Virus record (IMG/VR): IMGVR_UViG_3300046507_000773
Location: 124,001 to 188,000 of that record
DNA: 64,000 nucleotides
Direction: 5' to 3' (one strand)
In this document: positions 47,199 to 57,096 of the stretch, piece after piece
How the letters are laid out: every line of letters begins with the position of its first letter
Position numbering within the stretch: the first letter of the stretch is position 1
The notes under the pieces: generated by a model
Database searches by the model: none
What the model was told of the DNA's origin: nothing
Seen by the model: the letters and a program-made list of their open reading frames with translations, nothing else
Position numbers and translations under genes: made by a program

Positions 47199-48683
47199 AT
47201 GTTTCAAGCATCGAACATCCGCGTCGCCCGTTTCCTGATTTACGAAACCCTCGGCTACGACAACATGTACCGCCGCGCATACAAGACCACGGCTGATGGC
47301 GTTGCCTTCGATACCCTGGCTGAGCGCATCTCGGCCCATGACCGTATTACGACCGACACTGTCGTCGGCCTGACCAACGGCTTCCTGGCACCGGACATCA
47401 ATACCGAATCGCCCAATCCGATCTTCATCCCGGACGGCTGGGGCGCCAAGCGTTGCCGCTTCTTGCTGGAACTGGAATACGACTTCGGCGGCCTCGGCTC
47501 GAAGATCCGTGAAGCCTTCATGGGCTGGACCGATCACTACGGTTTGTCGCTGCAAAGCCAAGCGATCGACCGCGACATGGTGTTCCACCTGAACTCGGTG
47601 TCGCACATGAAGATCCAGGAAATCCCGACGCTCAACGGCATCGAGAAGCACTACAGCGTCCTGGACACGTCGCACATCCTCGCAGCCCAGCAACATCACG
47701 GCCAAAGCGGCGCCTTCAATAACGAGAAGCTGTTCCGCATGCGTCCGGACGATCTGTTCGCCACGATGCAGCTGTCGCACCTGGACACTGGCGGCACCTA
47801 CGACGACCGTACCCGGATCGGCACTGGCGCCCAAAAGGCATCGCGCTCGTCGAACATCACGACGAACTACATGACGAAGATCCTGGACTCGTACCTGACG
47901 GCCGCCCGCACCCAGGGTGACCTCGGCCAAGACGCCCCGGACATCCTGGAATCGGCACGCAACCGTTCGTACCAGACCAGCTCGGCTTCGTCCGATCCAT
48001 TCCTGCGCGAGATCTCCCGCCTGGAAAACGGTGGCAACTACATCCAGGACCACTTCACGTACGCGACGCTCTTGTCGATCGATCCGAACGCTGACAACAT
48101 GGCCGAAGTGCAGGTGCTGCCGACCATGATGCGTGACAGCTGGGCAGGCAACACCTCGGAAGAAACCTGGGGTGGCCGCGACATCTACGCACAGTTCGCC
48201 ACCATCCTGGCCCAGTCGGTCCCGTCGATCCTGATGGAAACCGGCCTGCAAGCGGTGAAGTTCCAGTCGACGAATCGCAAGATCGGCATGCAGATCGAAA
48301 CCACCATCCAGGGCATCAAGTCCTTCAGCGAAGTGTTCTCCCTGGCGCAACAGGGCAACACTTTCATCGAGCGGGTCAACCGCGAGATCATGCTGGACCT
48401 GTCCTTCAACGGACAGATGGACTACGGCCTCATCATGGAAATGTCGATCCACGGTGAATGCATCGTCGAGCTTTCGCTGAATGGCGACAACAACCTGCAC
48501 CGGTTCGTTGCTCCGCTGTTTGCCGATGCGTTCTTCAGCCCGATCGTCACCAGCGATCAACAGCGCAGCCACATGAACGCGGAACACTTCGGTCAATTGG
48601 CCGGACGTCTCGCAGAAGTCAATCTCCTGGGCAGCGCTACGAGCACCAACATCCAGGTCGGCGCCGGCGGCATGGCGTTCTAA
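47199..48683 (+). CDS. picA: PicA/Imp1 phage-nucleus protein importer (phiKZ gp69-like)
   Basis: 494 aa, immediately after the gp68-like gene and two genes before nvRNAP beta. The call rests on synteny and size. Confidence 0.7.
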   Translation: MFQASNIRVARFLIYETLGYDNMYRRAYKTTADGVAFDTLAERISAHDRITTDTVVGLTNGFLAPDINTESPNPIFIPDGWGAKRCRFLLELEYDFGGLGSKIREAFMGWTDHYGLSLQSQAIDRDMVFHLNSVSHMKIQEIPTLNGIEKHYSVLDTSHILAAQQHHGQSGAFNNEKLFRMRPDDLFATMQLSHLDTGGTYDDRTRIGTGAQKASRSSNITTNYMTKILDSYLTAARTQGDLGQDAPDILESARNRSYQTSSASSDPFLREISRLENGGNYIQDHFTYATLLSIDPNADNMAEVQVLPTMMRDSWAGNTSEETWGGRDIYAQFATILAQSVPSILMETGLQAVKFQSTNRKIGMQIETTIQGIKSFSEVFSLAQQGNTFIERVNREIMLDLSFNGQMDYGLIMEMSIHGECIVELSLNGDNNLHRFVAPLFADAFFSPIVTSDQQRSHMNAEHFGQLAGRLAEVNLLGSATSTNIQVGAGGMAF

Positions 48684-48728
48684 ATAACAAAGGGGGTAGC
48701 CGCAACTACCCCCAACAAGGAGTAATGC

Positions 48729-50036
48729 ATGAAGTTGCTTGAACTGTACAACACCATAGCCGACACGGCTAACTGGGTGGTGTCTCCGGAAGGATTCATC
48801 TCCCAGAAAACCATCGGCTCCAATAAGGTCGAACCGCTGCTCGTCAAGAAGCTGCGTCTCGCCATGCCGACCGATGAAATCCTTAAGAGCCGCGAGATGC
48901 GCGATGTGATGGTCTTCCATCCGCTCAAGGAAGACGTGCTGAAGCCCGAGACCGACGTGTTGGACGCATTGCGTACTTCGCTGAACTCGCGCCTGAACGT
49001 TACGACCTGCTGGGTGGCTCTGTCGCTGCTCATCATCGCAGGTTCTTCGGAAGATCATGCCAAGCTCGATCCGGACCAGAGCGAATTCCTGTCGCATGTG
49101 AAAGCTGCGAACCAGGATTGCGTGGACGACCTGAAGCGCATCTTCGATTCCATGAAGCTCAACGCCAAGGACAAGACCGCGGTGAAGATCTTCACGAAGA
49201 AGGGCGGCAGCATGGGCGGCCAGAAGTACACCTGCCTCGGTGTGGTCAAGTTCCCGCTGTACCAGGAACTGCTCGATTCCGTCGAGAACACCCCGAAGTC
49301 CGGCAAGCCTGAAGTCTTCGGCATCAAGCTCTCGAGCAAGAAAAGCCGGGATGCCCTGATCGCCCTGTTCCGCTACATCTTCCCGAAGATCGACACGCCG
49401 GAAGTGTACCAGTACGGCAGCAGCAGCCTCGTGGCAGCTTTCCTCGATGCGCTGCTGCAAACCACCGCGAAGATCGCGGCACCGATCAATACCGTGATCG
49501 ACACCTTCTCGACGATCTTCACCGATCCCGATGAGATGCGCATTCCGGGCGATTGGCTGCCAGTCTTCATGGACCTGGGCACGATGGTCAACGAGATCCG
49601 CATGGTCCCGCAGCAAACGGCCAATGCCCTCGAAATGCCGGACGACGTGAAAGCCAAGCATGCGGTGGACGGCACCAAAGCAGCACCGGCAACGCAGGCC
49701 CCGAGCTCGGGCGCCTACGTGACGCCAGTGGCTGACACGGGACCGGCCAAGACCGAGCGTGGTCTGGACTTCGCCAAACTCGTCAAGGGTGGCGCACAGC
49801 CCCAGAAACCGGCGTTCGGCTTCGGCCAACCGCAACAACAAAGCCAGTTCGGCGGCAACAACACTCACCCGGCGTTTGCAGCGCTGCGTGGTGGTCAGAC
49901 GCAGAACGCCAACAATCCGTTCGCACAGTTCCAAACCGGAAATGCGCAAGCTGGTCGTTCGGGCTTCGGCTTTGGTGGTAGCGGCGGCAACAGTGGCGGC
50001 GGCTTCGGCTTCGGCGGAAGTGGTCGCGGCTTCTAA
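48729..50036 (+). CDS. Conserved core protein (phiKZ gp70-like) with an FG-repeat C-terminal tail
   Basis: AAGGAG RBS; FHPLKEDV N-terminal motif; 7 FG dipeptides in the last ~75 aa. Confidence 0.75.
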   Translation: MKLLELYNTIADTANWVVSPEGFISQKTIGSNKVEPLLVKKLRLAMPTDEILKSREMRDVMVFHPLKEDVLKPETDVLDALRTSLNSRLNVTTCWVALSLLIIAGSSEDHAKLDPDQSEFLSHVKAANQDCVDDLKRIFDSMKLNAKDKTAVKIFTKKGGSMGGQKYTCLGVVKFPLYQELLDSVENTPKSGKPEVFGIKLSSKKSRDALIALFRYIFPKIDTPEVYQYGSSSLVAAFLDALLQTTAKIAAPINTVIDTFSTIFTDPDEMRIPGDWLPVFMDLGTMVNEIRMVPQQTANALEMPDDVKAKHAVDGTKAAPATQAPSSGAYVTPVADTGPAKTERGLDFAKLVKGGAQPQKPAFGFGQPQQQSQFGGNNTHPAFAALRGGQTQNANNPFAQFQTGNAQAGRSGFGFGGSGGNSGGGFGFGGSGRGF

Positions 50037-50040
50037 GTTG

Positions 50041-50096
50041 CCGGCATAAGCGGCATAAAAGAACCATCCCCGTGTTTGGAGATGGTTCTTTTTTTG
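50041..50096. terminator. Bidirectional terminator preceded by two CGGCATAA copies
   Basis: AAAAGAACCATC...GATGGTTCTTTT stem between convergent genes. Confidence 0.75.
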
Positions 50097-50113
50097 TTTG
50101 TTTAGAAGTTGTG

Positions 50114-50449
50114 TTACGCGCGCTTTTTGGTCCGATAAGCCTGAAGGCGTTTGCTCACCACGGTTGCATCTGGCACCAGGATGACCTCCAGATCCTTGAA
50201 GGAATCAGTGGGACTGGTCAATCCCGCCAAGCGCATGGTGATGTAGTGCAGCTCACCGGAGATTTTCATCTTCGTGAGCATTCCGTAGAAATCAAACTCG
50301 AAGACTTCCTTGTCGATGGACTGAACAGCCATCGGTGCAGTCTGCGGGTGATTCCTAAAGTACGTAAGGTGGTCTTCTAATACAGTACGAAACCCTGCAT
50401 CGTAATAAGAGAGATCAACCTTACTGATCATCAAATCTTCAATAGCCAT
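50114..50449 (-). CDS. Small conserved protein with a LysM/T4-gp53-like pattern
   Basis: DFYGML...ELHYITMRLAGLTSPTD...ILVP. Weak pattern only. Confidence 0.5.
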   Translation of the reverse strand: MAIEDLMISKVDLSYYDAGFRTVLEDHLTYFRNHPQTAPMAVQSIDKEVFEFDFYGMLTKMKISGELHYITMRLAGLTSPTDSFKDLEVILVPDATVVSKRLQAYRTKKRA

Positions 50450-50467
50450 TGGAAAATCCTTAAATTA

Positions 50468-50494
50468 TTTTCACTCACATATTACTAAAGTGTA
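50468..50494 (+). promoter_or_regulatory. Putative early promoter
   Basis: TTTTCACTC-ACATATTAC-TAAA-GTG, core at 50477-50485. Confidence 0.65.
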
Positions 50495-50561
50495 CCAAGT
50501 ATAAGAGTACACAGCTTTAAACTGGTTTTCGTATTAGAAACAAGAAAAAGGAATCTTTGTG

Positions 50562-52763
50562 ATGAGTGTAGAAGCACCCGACACACACATGAGTGGGGTC
50601 GCGGAGGGCAATTGGGATATCCTACCGCGAAAGTACGAACCTAACCAACTGTTCCGTGAGTTCCTGTCGATCAACGGACTGAATCCCTACGATGGTTACG
50701 ACTCCTCTAGCCGCAAGCAGATGTTCTCGAGCCACCTGGGTCAAGCGCTGGTAATCCGTGGCGCAACGCGGCGCCGTATCCAAACGGGTATGGAACGCGA
50801 GTACGCGAAGTACACTTTCGGCGTTCGCATGCCGGAAGACGGACAAGTGTTGAAAGTGATCGACCGTTATCCCACGGCCAATGCTTTCAACGCGATCCGC
50901 ATGAATCCGCAGTCGGTCATGATCTACGAGGAATACGGCACCAACCGCATTGGTGTTCTGAACATGCCTCGCTACTGTTCATACCATCAATACTTCGGAT
51001 TCGAGCTCAAGTACGACAAGTCGCTCAAGCAAATGCTGCGGCGCGGCCAAGCGTTCTCGAAAGATACGGTGTTTGCGCAAACGCCCAACATCGATGACAA
51101 CGGGGACTATACGTACGGCATCCAGCTGAACATGTGCTTGATGACGCACCCGGCGGTATCTGAAGACGGTGTGATGATTTGCCGTGACGTTTTGCCACGT
51201 CTGGCTTACAAAACCTACGAACGCCGTACTATCTCGTTCGGTGCCAAACGCTTCCCTGTCAATGCGTACGGCACCATCAACGAATACAAGCCGTTCCCGG
51301 ACATCGGCGATTATATCCATGAAAGCGGACTCATCATGGCCTTGCGTTCGTACAGCAAGGAACTCGCCCCGGTCGACCAAAGTATCCACGATCTCCTGGA
51401 AGTGGATCACTTCTTCGACGAGTGCACGTACTCTGTGCCCGGCAAAGGTCGAGTGGTGGACATCATTATCCATCACGACGAGAACAGTCTCAACCCCTGC
51501 ACGCCGCTGGGTATGGAGGCCCAAGCGAAGAAGTACGATGCAGCCACCAAGCAGTTCTTCAAGGCGATCTTGGGCGAGTACAACGACCTCAAGAAATCCC
51601 GCAAGGACAATCTGGAACTCACGCCGCAGATGCAAAGTCTGGTGCGTGAAGCGATCTCGGTCGTTGGTGACCACAAGGAAGCCATCCAGAAGCTGAATCG
51701 CCAAGTTCCGATGGACGACTGGACCATCACGTTCGTCATCGAATACGAGAACATCCCGGACGTCGGCAACAAGATGACCGACTGCCACGGCGGTAAGGGC
51801 GTGATCGTGTACGTGGCTGAACCGCACGAAATGCCGTTCGATCCTGTGACTGGCAAGCGGGCTGATGTGGTCATGGACCCGTTGTCCACCTGGGGCCGCA
51901 TGAATACGGGCCGTCTGTACGAACAGTTCACCAATGCTGCAGGTGACCACGTACAGAAAACTGTCTGCGAGATTCTCGGATTTACTCCTGGTGAGAAGGG
52001 CCTGGAGCCGAAGATCGCGAAGATGCAGCGGGACAATCCTGCGCTGTTCCACAGTGCATGGAGTTACCTGATCGAGTTCTATCGAACAGTCAGTCCGATC
52101 CAGGCATCGTGGTTTGACGATGGCACCTACGCACTATCGCCAGCGTACCACATGGCGCAAGTGATCGAGAACAACACGACGATCTTCAGTCCACCGGAGA
52201 ACGATCTTGAAGGTCTCGACATCGTCGCTGACATCATCCTCAAGTACCGTCCGCATCTGGGGCCGGTATGGTACACTGGTTACTCCGGTAAGCGTGTACT
52301 GACGAAGATGGATATCCGCATTGCCGAGATGTACTTCATCGTCCTGGAGAAAACCGGTGACGACTGGACGGCAGTGGGTTCGGGTAAGGTGCAGCACTTC
52401 GGCGTTCTCTCGCAAGTATCGGGTATCGACAAGTATGCATTGCCGACCCGTCAGAATCCAACCCGTACCTTGGGCGAGGCTGAGCTTCGAATCCTGGAAG
52501 CATACCTGGGCGGTGAAGTGGTAGCCGAGATGATGGACCGTAACAACAATCCGTTGGCGCATCGTCACATCGTCGAAGAAATCCTGACGGCAGACGTTCC
52601 GTCGAATATCGAACGCATCGTGGATCGCGTGAAGATTCCATTCGGCGGCTCTAAGCCACTGCAACTGGTGAAGCACTTACTCGAGGGTGCTGGCCTTCGT
52701 TTCGTCCTGAGAGCTTGGGACTATGCGAAGAAACCATTTAACTTCCCGAGGAAGAGCAAGTAG
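50562..52763 (+). CDS. nvRNAP beta C-terminal subunit (phiKZ gp71-73-like), uninterrupted
   Basis: SSRKQMFSSH, GNKMTDCHGGKGVI, DVVMDPLSTWGRMN and RTLGEAE correspond to conserved beta regions. Confidence 0.92.
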   Translation: MSVEAPDTHMSGVAEGNWDILPRKYEPNQLFREFLSINGLNPYDGYDSSSRKQMFSSHLGQALVIRGATRRRIQTGMEREYAKYTFGVRMPEDGQVLKVIDRYPTANAFNAIRMNPQSVMIYEEYGTNRIGVLNMPRYCSYHQYFGFELKYDKSLKQMLRRGQAFSKDTVFAQTPNIDDNGDYTYGIQLNMCLMTHPAVSEDGVMICRDVLPRLAYKTYERRTISFGAKRFPVNAYGTINEYKPFPDIGDYIHESGLIMALRSYSKELAPVDQSIHDLLEVDHFFDECTYSVPGKGRVVDIIIHHDENSLNPCTPLGMEAQAKKYDAATKQFFKAILGEYNDLKKSRKDNLELTPQMQSLVREAISVVGDHKEAIQKLNRQVPMDDWTITFVIEYENIPDVGNKMTDCHGGKGVIVYVAEPHEMPFDPVTGKRADVVMDPLSTWGRMNTGRLYEQFTNAAGDHVQKTVCEILGFTPGEKGLEPKIAKMQRDNPALFHSAWSYLIEFYRTVSPIQASWFDDGTYALSPAYHMAQVIENNTTIFSPPENDLEGLDIVADIILKYRPHLGPVWYTGYSGKRVLTKMDIRIAEMYFIVLEKTGDDWTAVGSGKVQHFGVLSQVSGIDKYALPTRQNPTRTLGEAELRILEAYLGGEVVAEMMDRNNNPLAHRHIVEEILTADVPSNIERIVDRVKIPFGGSKPLQLVKHLLEGAGLRFVLRAWDYAKKPFNFPRKSK

Positions 52764-52809
52764 CAATGTCCGGCCCTCTTCGTGGGGGCTGGACTGAAAG
52801 GATAAAAAG

Positions 52810-54963
52810 ATGCAGCTTAAGAAGTATCTCCTTCGTACCTTCCTGGACTACAGTACCCAACAGCTGTGGGCCATGATGCAAGGGCGCATGATCGTGCGCT
52901 ACGACGACGGGACTGAAGAAGAAGTCAGCTTCAAGGATATCGTCTACAGTTCCTACGCTTGGGAATTCCACCGGCGTTACCGCAAGACGCCGCTGTTGCC
53001 GAAACATCTGGCAAGGAATGTTCTGGGCAAGAATCGCATGGGACCGAGCACTCACCTGAAGTTGCTGGGCAATGCGATCAATGCGACGCACGATACCTAC
53101 ATCATGGATCGTACGCAAACTCACGTTCAGCTGGACGATGGCGAGGTCATCTCTGTCGATGACTTCAAAGACCGTCTGTCGGAACTGGAGTACCGCACAA
53201 CCAACCAGCTCTACAATTACGCCGTCACGGGTTTGGAGGAATACGTGGTCGGCATCGACATGGTGCACATGTTCGAGGTGATGACCCATCCGCGAGTGCT
53301 GCAGGCAAACAATGCCTTGCCGTACAAGTACGATGAGATCAAGGCGAAATACCGTGATCGCAATCGCCTGATGCGTGAAGGTCAGAAAATTATCAACGAG
53401 GCTCATGATGTAGTTAGCGATACGCTGCACAATGACCCCTCGCTCGATAACAATCCACTGGCTCAAGCTGTGCGCTCCGGCCTCGTGAACGAAAGCCAAA
53501 CGCTGCAATGCGTCTCGGCTCGCGGTTATCTGACGGACATCGACTCGGACCTCTTCACCCATCCGATTCTGCGCGGCTATGGTCACGGCTTGCGCCTGAT
53601 CCACGATTCCGGTATCGAGTCTCGCTCGGCATCGAAGTCGCTGCTGTTCACGAAAGATCCGCTGCGGGAAGCTGAATACTTCTCGCGTCGTTTGCAGCTG
53701 GTGTCCTTTAACGTGCAGAACCTGCACCATGGCGACTGTGGTTCGGAAGACTACATGTACGTCACGATGCGGGACAAAGAAGTGGTGGATGATAAGGTCA
53801 AGCGTAAGTCTGACCTGAAGACCTACCAAGGCATGTTCTACATGGACGACGACGGGCAACTGAGGTCGATCAAGGAAGGGGACAAGCACCTCATCGGTCG
53901 ACAGCTGAAACTGCGGACCATCATGCATTGCCACCACGAAGATCCGGTGGGTGCGTGTAGTACTTGCGTGGGTGAACTGGCTACCTTCGTACCCAAGGGC
54001 TCGAACCTCGGCCACGCAGCTTGCGTGACGTTGGCATCGAAATCCTCGCAGAACGTGATGTCGGTCAAGCACAACGACGGTAACTCCGACGTTGACTCGA
54101 TCATCCTGGGTCCGGAATATCGACATCTGTTCAAGGTATCGGCTGATGGTAACGCGTACATGCTGGACCCGAGTCTGAAAGACAAGAAGCCCAAGATCGT
54201 CATCCCTGGCGACAAAGCGTACAACTTGTCCGACATCTACCTGCCAAAGCGCGTGAACGAATTGCCGATCTCGCGCGTGACGCAACTGGAAGCCGTGTCG
54301 ATCGAAACGCATTGGGGCGAAGGTGATACCCCGCCGATGCGTGAAATCGTACCGGTGGCCATCGGTAATCGCTTAGCATCGTTCACCCATGCGATGCTGG
54401 ACCACATCAAACGTAAAGGCGCAAACGCCTGGACGGTGGATGCCAAAGGCTTTTACGTCATCGATCTCGAAGGCTGGGACTATCAGGATGCAATCATGTC
54501 CCTGCCGATGAAGCACTTCAACATGAGCGACCACTCGAAAGAACTGGCCGACATGCTCGAGTCGACCGTGAAAGAACTGGAACTGCGCGATAAACACGTG
54601 AGTCCTGAAGCATTCTTGCAGGAATTCCACGATTTGGTGAACCAAAAGCTGGACGTGAACTTTGCCGTGAATGCAATCGTGGTGTACGCCTCGATGATCG
54701 TCTCGGCCGAGAACAACAACTACAGCCTGCCAAAGCCGTGGACCGATTCCGGCCTGGGTGTCAAAGACATCACCATGCGCATGCGTTCGCTGTCTGCTGA
54801 GATGGCCCACGAAAATCACCACTCGGTATTGCGTGATCCGGCAAGTTTCATCGACGACAACCGGATGCCACATCCGTTTGACGGCTTGCTGATGCCATTC
54901 GAAATGTATCAACATCGTTATGGCGCAGTCCCGAATCTGGAGGCTAGCCGGCAACAGTTCTAA
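52810..54963 (+). CDS. nvRNAP beta' middle/C-terminal subunit (phiKZ gp74-like)
   Basis: EYFSRRLQL, GDCGS and LRTIMHC...CSTCVG Zn site; QNVMSVKH. Confidence 0.9.
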   Translation: MQLKKYLLRTFLDYSTQQLWAMMQGRMIVRYDDGTEEEVSFKDIVYSSYAWEFHRRYRKTPLLPKHLARNVLGKNRMGPSTHLKLLGNAINATHDTYIMDRTQTHVQLDDGEVISVDDFKDRLSELEYRTTNQLYNYAVTGLEEYVVGIDMVHMFEVMTHPRVLQANNALPYKYDEIKAKYRDRNRLMREGQKIINEAHDVVSDTLHNDPSLDNNPLAQAVRSGLVNESQTLQCVSARGYLTDIDSDLFTHPILRGYGHGLRLIHDSGIESRSASKSLLFTKDPLREAEYFSRRLQLVSFNVQNLHHGDCGSEDYMYVTMRDKEVVDDKVKRKSDLKTYQGMFYMDDDGQLRSIKEGDKHLIGRQLKLRTIMHCHHEDPVGACSTCVGELATFVPKGSNLGHAACVTLASKSSQNVMSVKHNDGNSDVDSIILGPEYRHLFKVSADGNAYMLDPSLKDKKPKIVIPGDKAYNLSDIYLPKRVNELPISRVTQLEAVSIETHWGEGDTPPMREIVPVAIGNRLASFTHAMLDHIKRKGANAWTVDAKGFYVIDLEGWDYQDAIMSLPMKHFNMSDHSKELADMLESTVKELELRDKHVSPEAFLQEFHDLVNQKLDVNFAVNAIVVYASMIVSAENNNYSLPKPWTDSGLGVKDITMRMRSLSAEMAHENHHSVLRDPASFIDDNRMPHPFDGLLMPFEMYQHRYGAVPNLEASRQQF

Positions 54964-54988
54964 GAAAGGAAGATTATAGGTAGCGTTA

Positions 54989-56521
54989 ATGGCGACTGAA
55001 CTTACCATCAGGATGCGGACTCACCATTTTGTGGTGAACCGCATCACGCCTCGTAGTCGTCCGTGCGTGACGGCATTTGCGAGGCAATATATCCAATATG
55101 GTTTTTCTCGAGGTAACGGTTTTGCACGCCCAGCCTTGAAGGTCTATGCAGCCGCCACGGATGATCGGAGTGAGTATCGCTTCCATATCAACCAATGGGC
55201 TCCGTTCCAGGAGTTCTTGCGACTGCACCGACTGGATGAAGCTCTCATTGAGCTCATTCACGATCCTTTGCATGAGGCGCTACCTGTAGAGCTTCCTGTG
55301 CTCCCGCAGTGGGTGCCACGGGAATCCCAGCCGCTGGCGATTGAATACTTGGTAAAGCCGCCTCCGCCGCATTCCAAGTTCGTCGACATGCAGACAGGTA
55401 AAGGGAAATCCTTTTGCGCCATGCAGGGCATGTCCACTGTCGGTTTCCGAACCGTCGGTGTGATGAAGCCTCAGTTCCTTGCAAAATGGATTGAGGACAT
55501 GGGGAGAACTTACGATTTGCCACTCGATCAATACGTGGTGATTCGTGGGTCGGACCAATTGATTGCGCTGCTACATCTTGCCATGTCGGGGGAGCTCACA
55601 CAACGGGTGATCCTGATCAGTAACAAGACGATGCAGAACTACATCAAGCTCTACGAAGAGCATGGTGCCGCAATCGTTGACATGGGCTACCCATGCATGC
55701 CTGACGAGATGTGGGCGATACTGCAAGCTGGTATTCGCTTGATCGACGAAGTTCACATGGACTACCATCTGAACTTTAAGCTTGACCTGTACACCAACAT
55801 CTACTTGTCGTTCTCGCTGTCGGCCACCTTGCTGTCTAAGGATGCCTTCCAGATGAGGATGTACGAGCTCGGCTACCCGATGGTGCAACGCTATAAGGGG
55901 CCAGCTTACGACAAGTACGCACGTACCCGTGCTGTCTTGTACGCGTTTAAAGAACCGGACAAGATCAAGTGCCGTGAACGTGGCTCGACGATGTATTCGC
56001 ACAATGTGTTCGAGGACAGCATCCTCAAGAGTCCCAAGATGACCGGGAACTTCTTCGAGTTTGCCAACACGATCTTAAAGCGCGAGTACCTGGAAGAAGG
56101 TTTCTACAAGAAGGGCGACCGGGCGATCATCTATTGCAGTTCGATCGACATGTGTACGGCCCTATCGGATTACTTGAAGAAGCTCTACCCAGACAAAGTC
56201 GTCAACCGTTACGTGGGTCTTGATCCACGTGAACACCTGATGGAATCTGAGATCGTGGTCACCACACTCGGTTCCGCTGGTACGGGTCACGACATTCCGG
56301 ACTTGACGACTGTGATTCTCTTGGTCGCTATCCGGGCAAGTGCTGGTAACTTGCAGGGCTTTGGTCGCTTACGTAAGTTGAAAGACGGACGCACGCCGCG
56401 TTTCGCTTACGGTGTGAACGAGGACAACCTCAAGCACGTCGAGTACCACGAGGACAAGCGGGAGCTCTTGGAGAGCCGCAGTGTTTCGTACAAGCTCGAG
56501 TACTATGATCTACTGATCTAG
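54989..56521 (+). CDS. SF2 (UvsW-like) helicase (gp75-like)
   Basis: Motif I QTGKGKS, II DEVH, III SAT and VI QGFGRLR. Confidence 0.9.
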   Translation: MATELTIRMRTHHFVVNRITPRSRPCVTAFARQYIQYGFSRGNGFARPALKVYAAATDDRSEYRFHINQWAPFQEFLRLHRLDEALIELIHDPLHEALPVELPVLPQWVPRESQPLAIEYLVKPPPPHSKFVDMQTGKGKSFCAMQGMSTVGFRTVGVMKPQFLAKWIEDMGRTYDLPLDQYVVIRGSDQLIALLHLAMSGELTQRVILISNKTMQNYIKLYEEHGAAIVDMGYPCMPDEMWAILQAGIRLIDEVHMDYHLNFKLDLYTNIYLSFSLSATLLSKDAFQMRMYELGYPMVQRYKGPAYDKYARTRAVLYAFKEPDKIKCRERGSTMYSHNVFEDSILKSPKMTGNFFEFANTILKREYLEEGFYKKGDRAIIYCSSIDMCTALSDYLKKLYPDKVVNRYVGLDPREHLMESEIVVTTLGSAGTGHDIPDLTTVILLVAIRASAGNLQGFGRLRKLKDGRTPRFAYGVNEDNLKHVEYHEDKRELLESRSVSYKLEYYDLLI

Positions 56522-56573
56522 TGGAGTCCCTCCTTCGGGAGGGGCTTCTTTTATGCCGCAAGGAGAAAAAGAA

Positions 56574-57041
56574 ATGTATCTTACTTACCAACAGCACGTC
56601 GAAGGCTCCAAACACCTGATGCGCACTCTGCCTATTTTGGCAGTGGCTCCAGCGTTCGGTGAGCTTCTCAATACCCTGGGAAGGCTCTGGGAAGTAGACG
56701 AGGACCTTACGCTCGGTGTTCGCCATCTGGAAACGCCTTACGGTTCCCATGGGCGCACGGGCGATCCGTACAGCGTCTTCTATCTGTACGAAGACGAGAA
56801 GGCACCGAATGCCCATCCGCAAGGGCTCGGTCTTCCCTGGGTCAAGATGAGTCGCAACCACGAGGACAAAAGCCCGACGGCAGTTCACATCGAGTACTAC
56901 GTTGGGTCGGACAAGAAGCGTGACGACTACTGCGACTTCCATTCGATCTATCAGAAGGCGTTGGCGGCAGCCCACTTTCTGTTCGAAGGCAAGATCAGCA
57001 TTGACCCCAACGAGTATCAGGAATTTAGCCTGACGCCCTAA
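56574..57041 (+). CDS. Hypothetical protein
   Basis: AAGGAG RBS before ATG 56574. Confidence 0.7.
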   Translation: MYLTYQQHVEGSKHLMRTLPILAVAPAFGELLNTLGRLWEVDEDLTLGVRHLETPYGSHGRTGDPYSVFYLYEDEKAPNAHPQGLGLPWVKMSRNHEDKSPTAVHIEYYVGSDKKRDDYCDFHSIYQKALAAAHFLFEGKISIDPNEYQEFSLTP

Positions 57042-57096
57042 CCCGGCATAAACCCCCAGGCTTATCACCTGGGGGCTCATCTTATTTTTTTTTGTT

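Noticed and set aside
47157-49949. 930-aa antisense ORF spanning picA and the gp70-like gene
   Set aside because: A shadow frame of strongly C/G-ending codons. It has no RBS or recognisable motifs and the composition is typical of antisense frames.
39473-52763. Group I introns, HNH genes or inteins in nvRNAP subunits or terminase, as seen in phiKZ
   Set aside because: All these ORFs are continuous and of expected size, with no LAGLIDADG, HNH or intein C/HN motifs.
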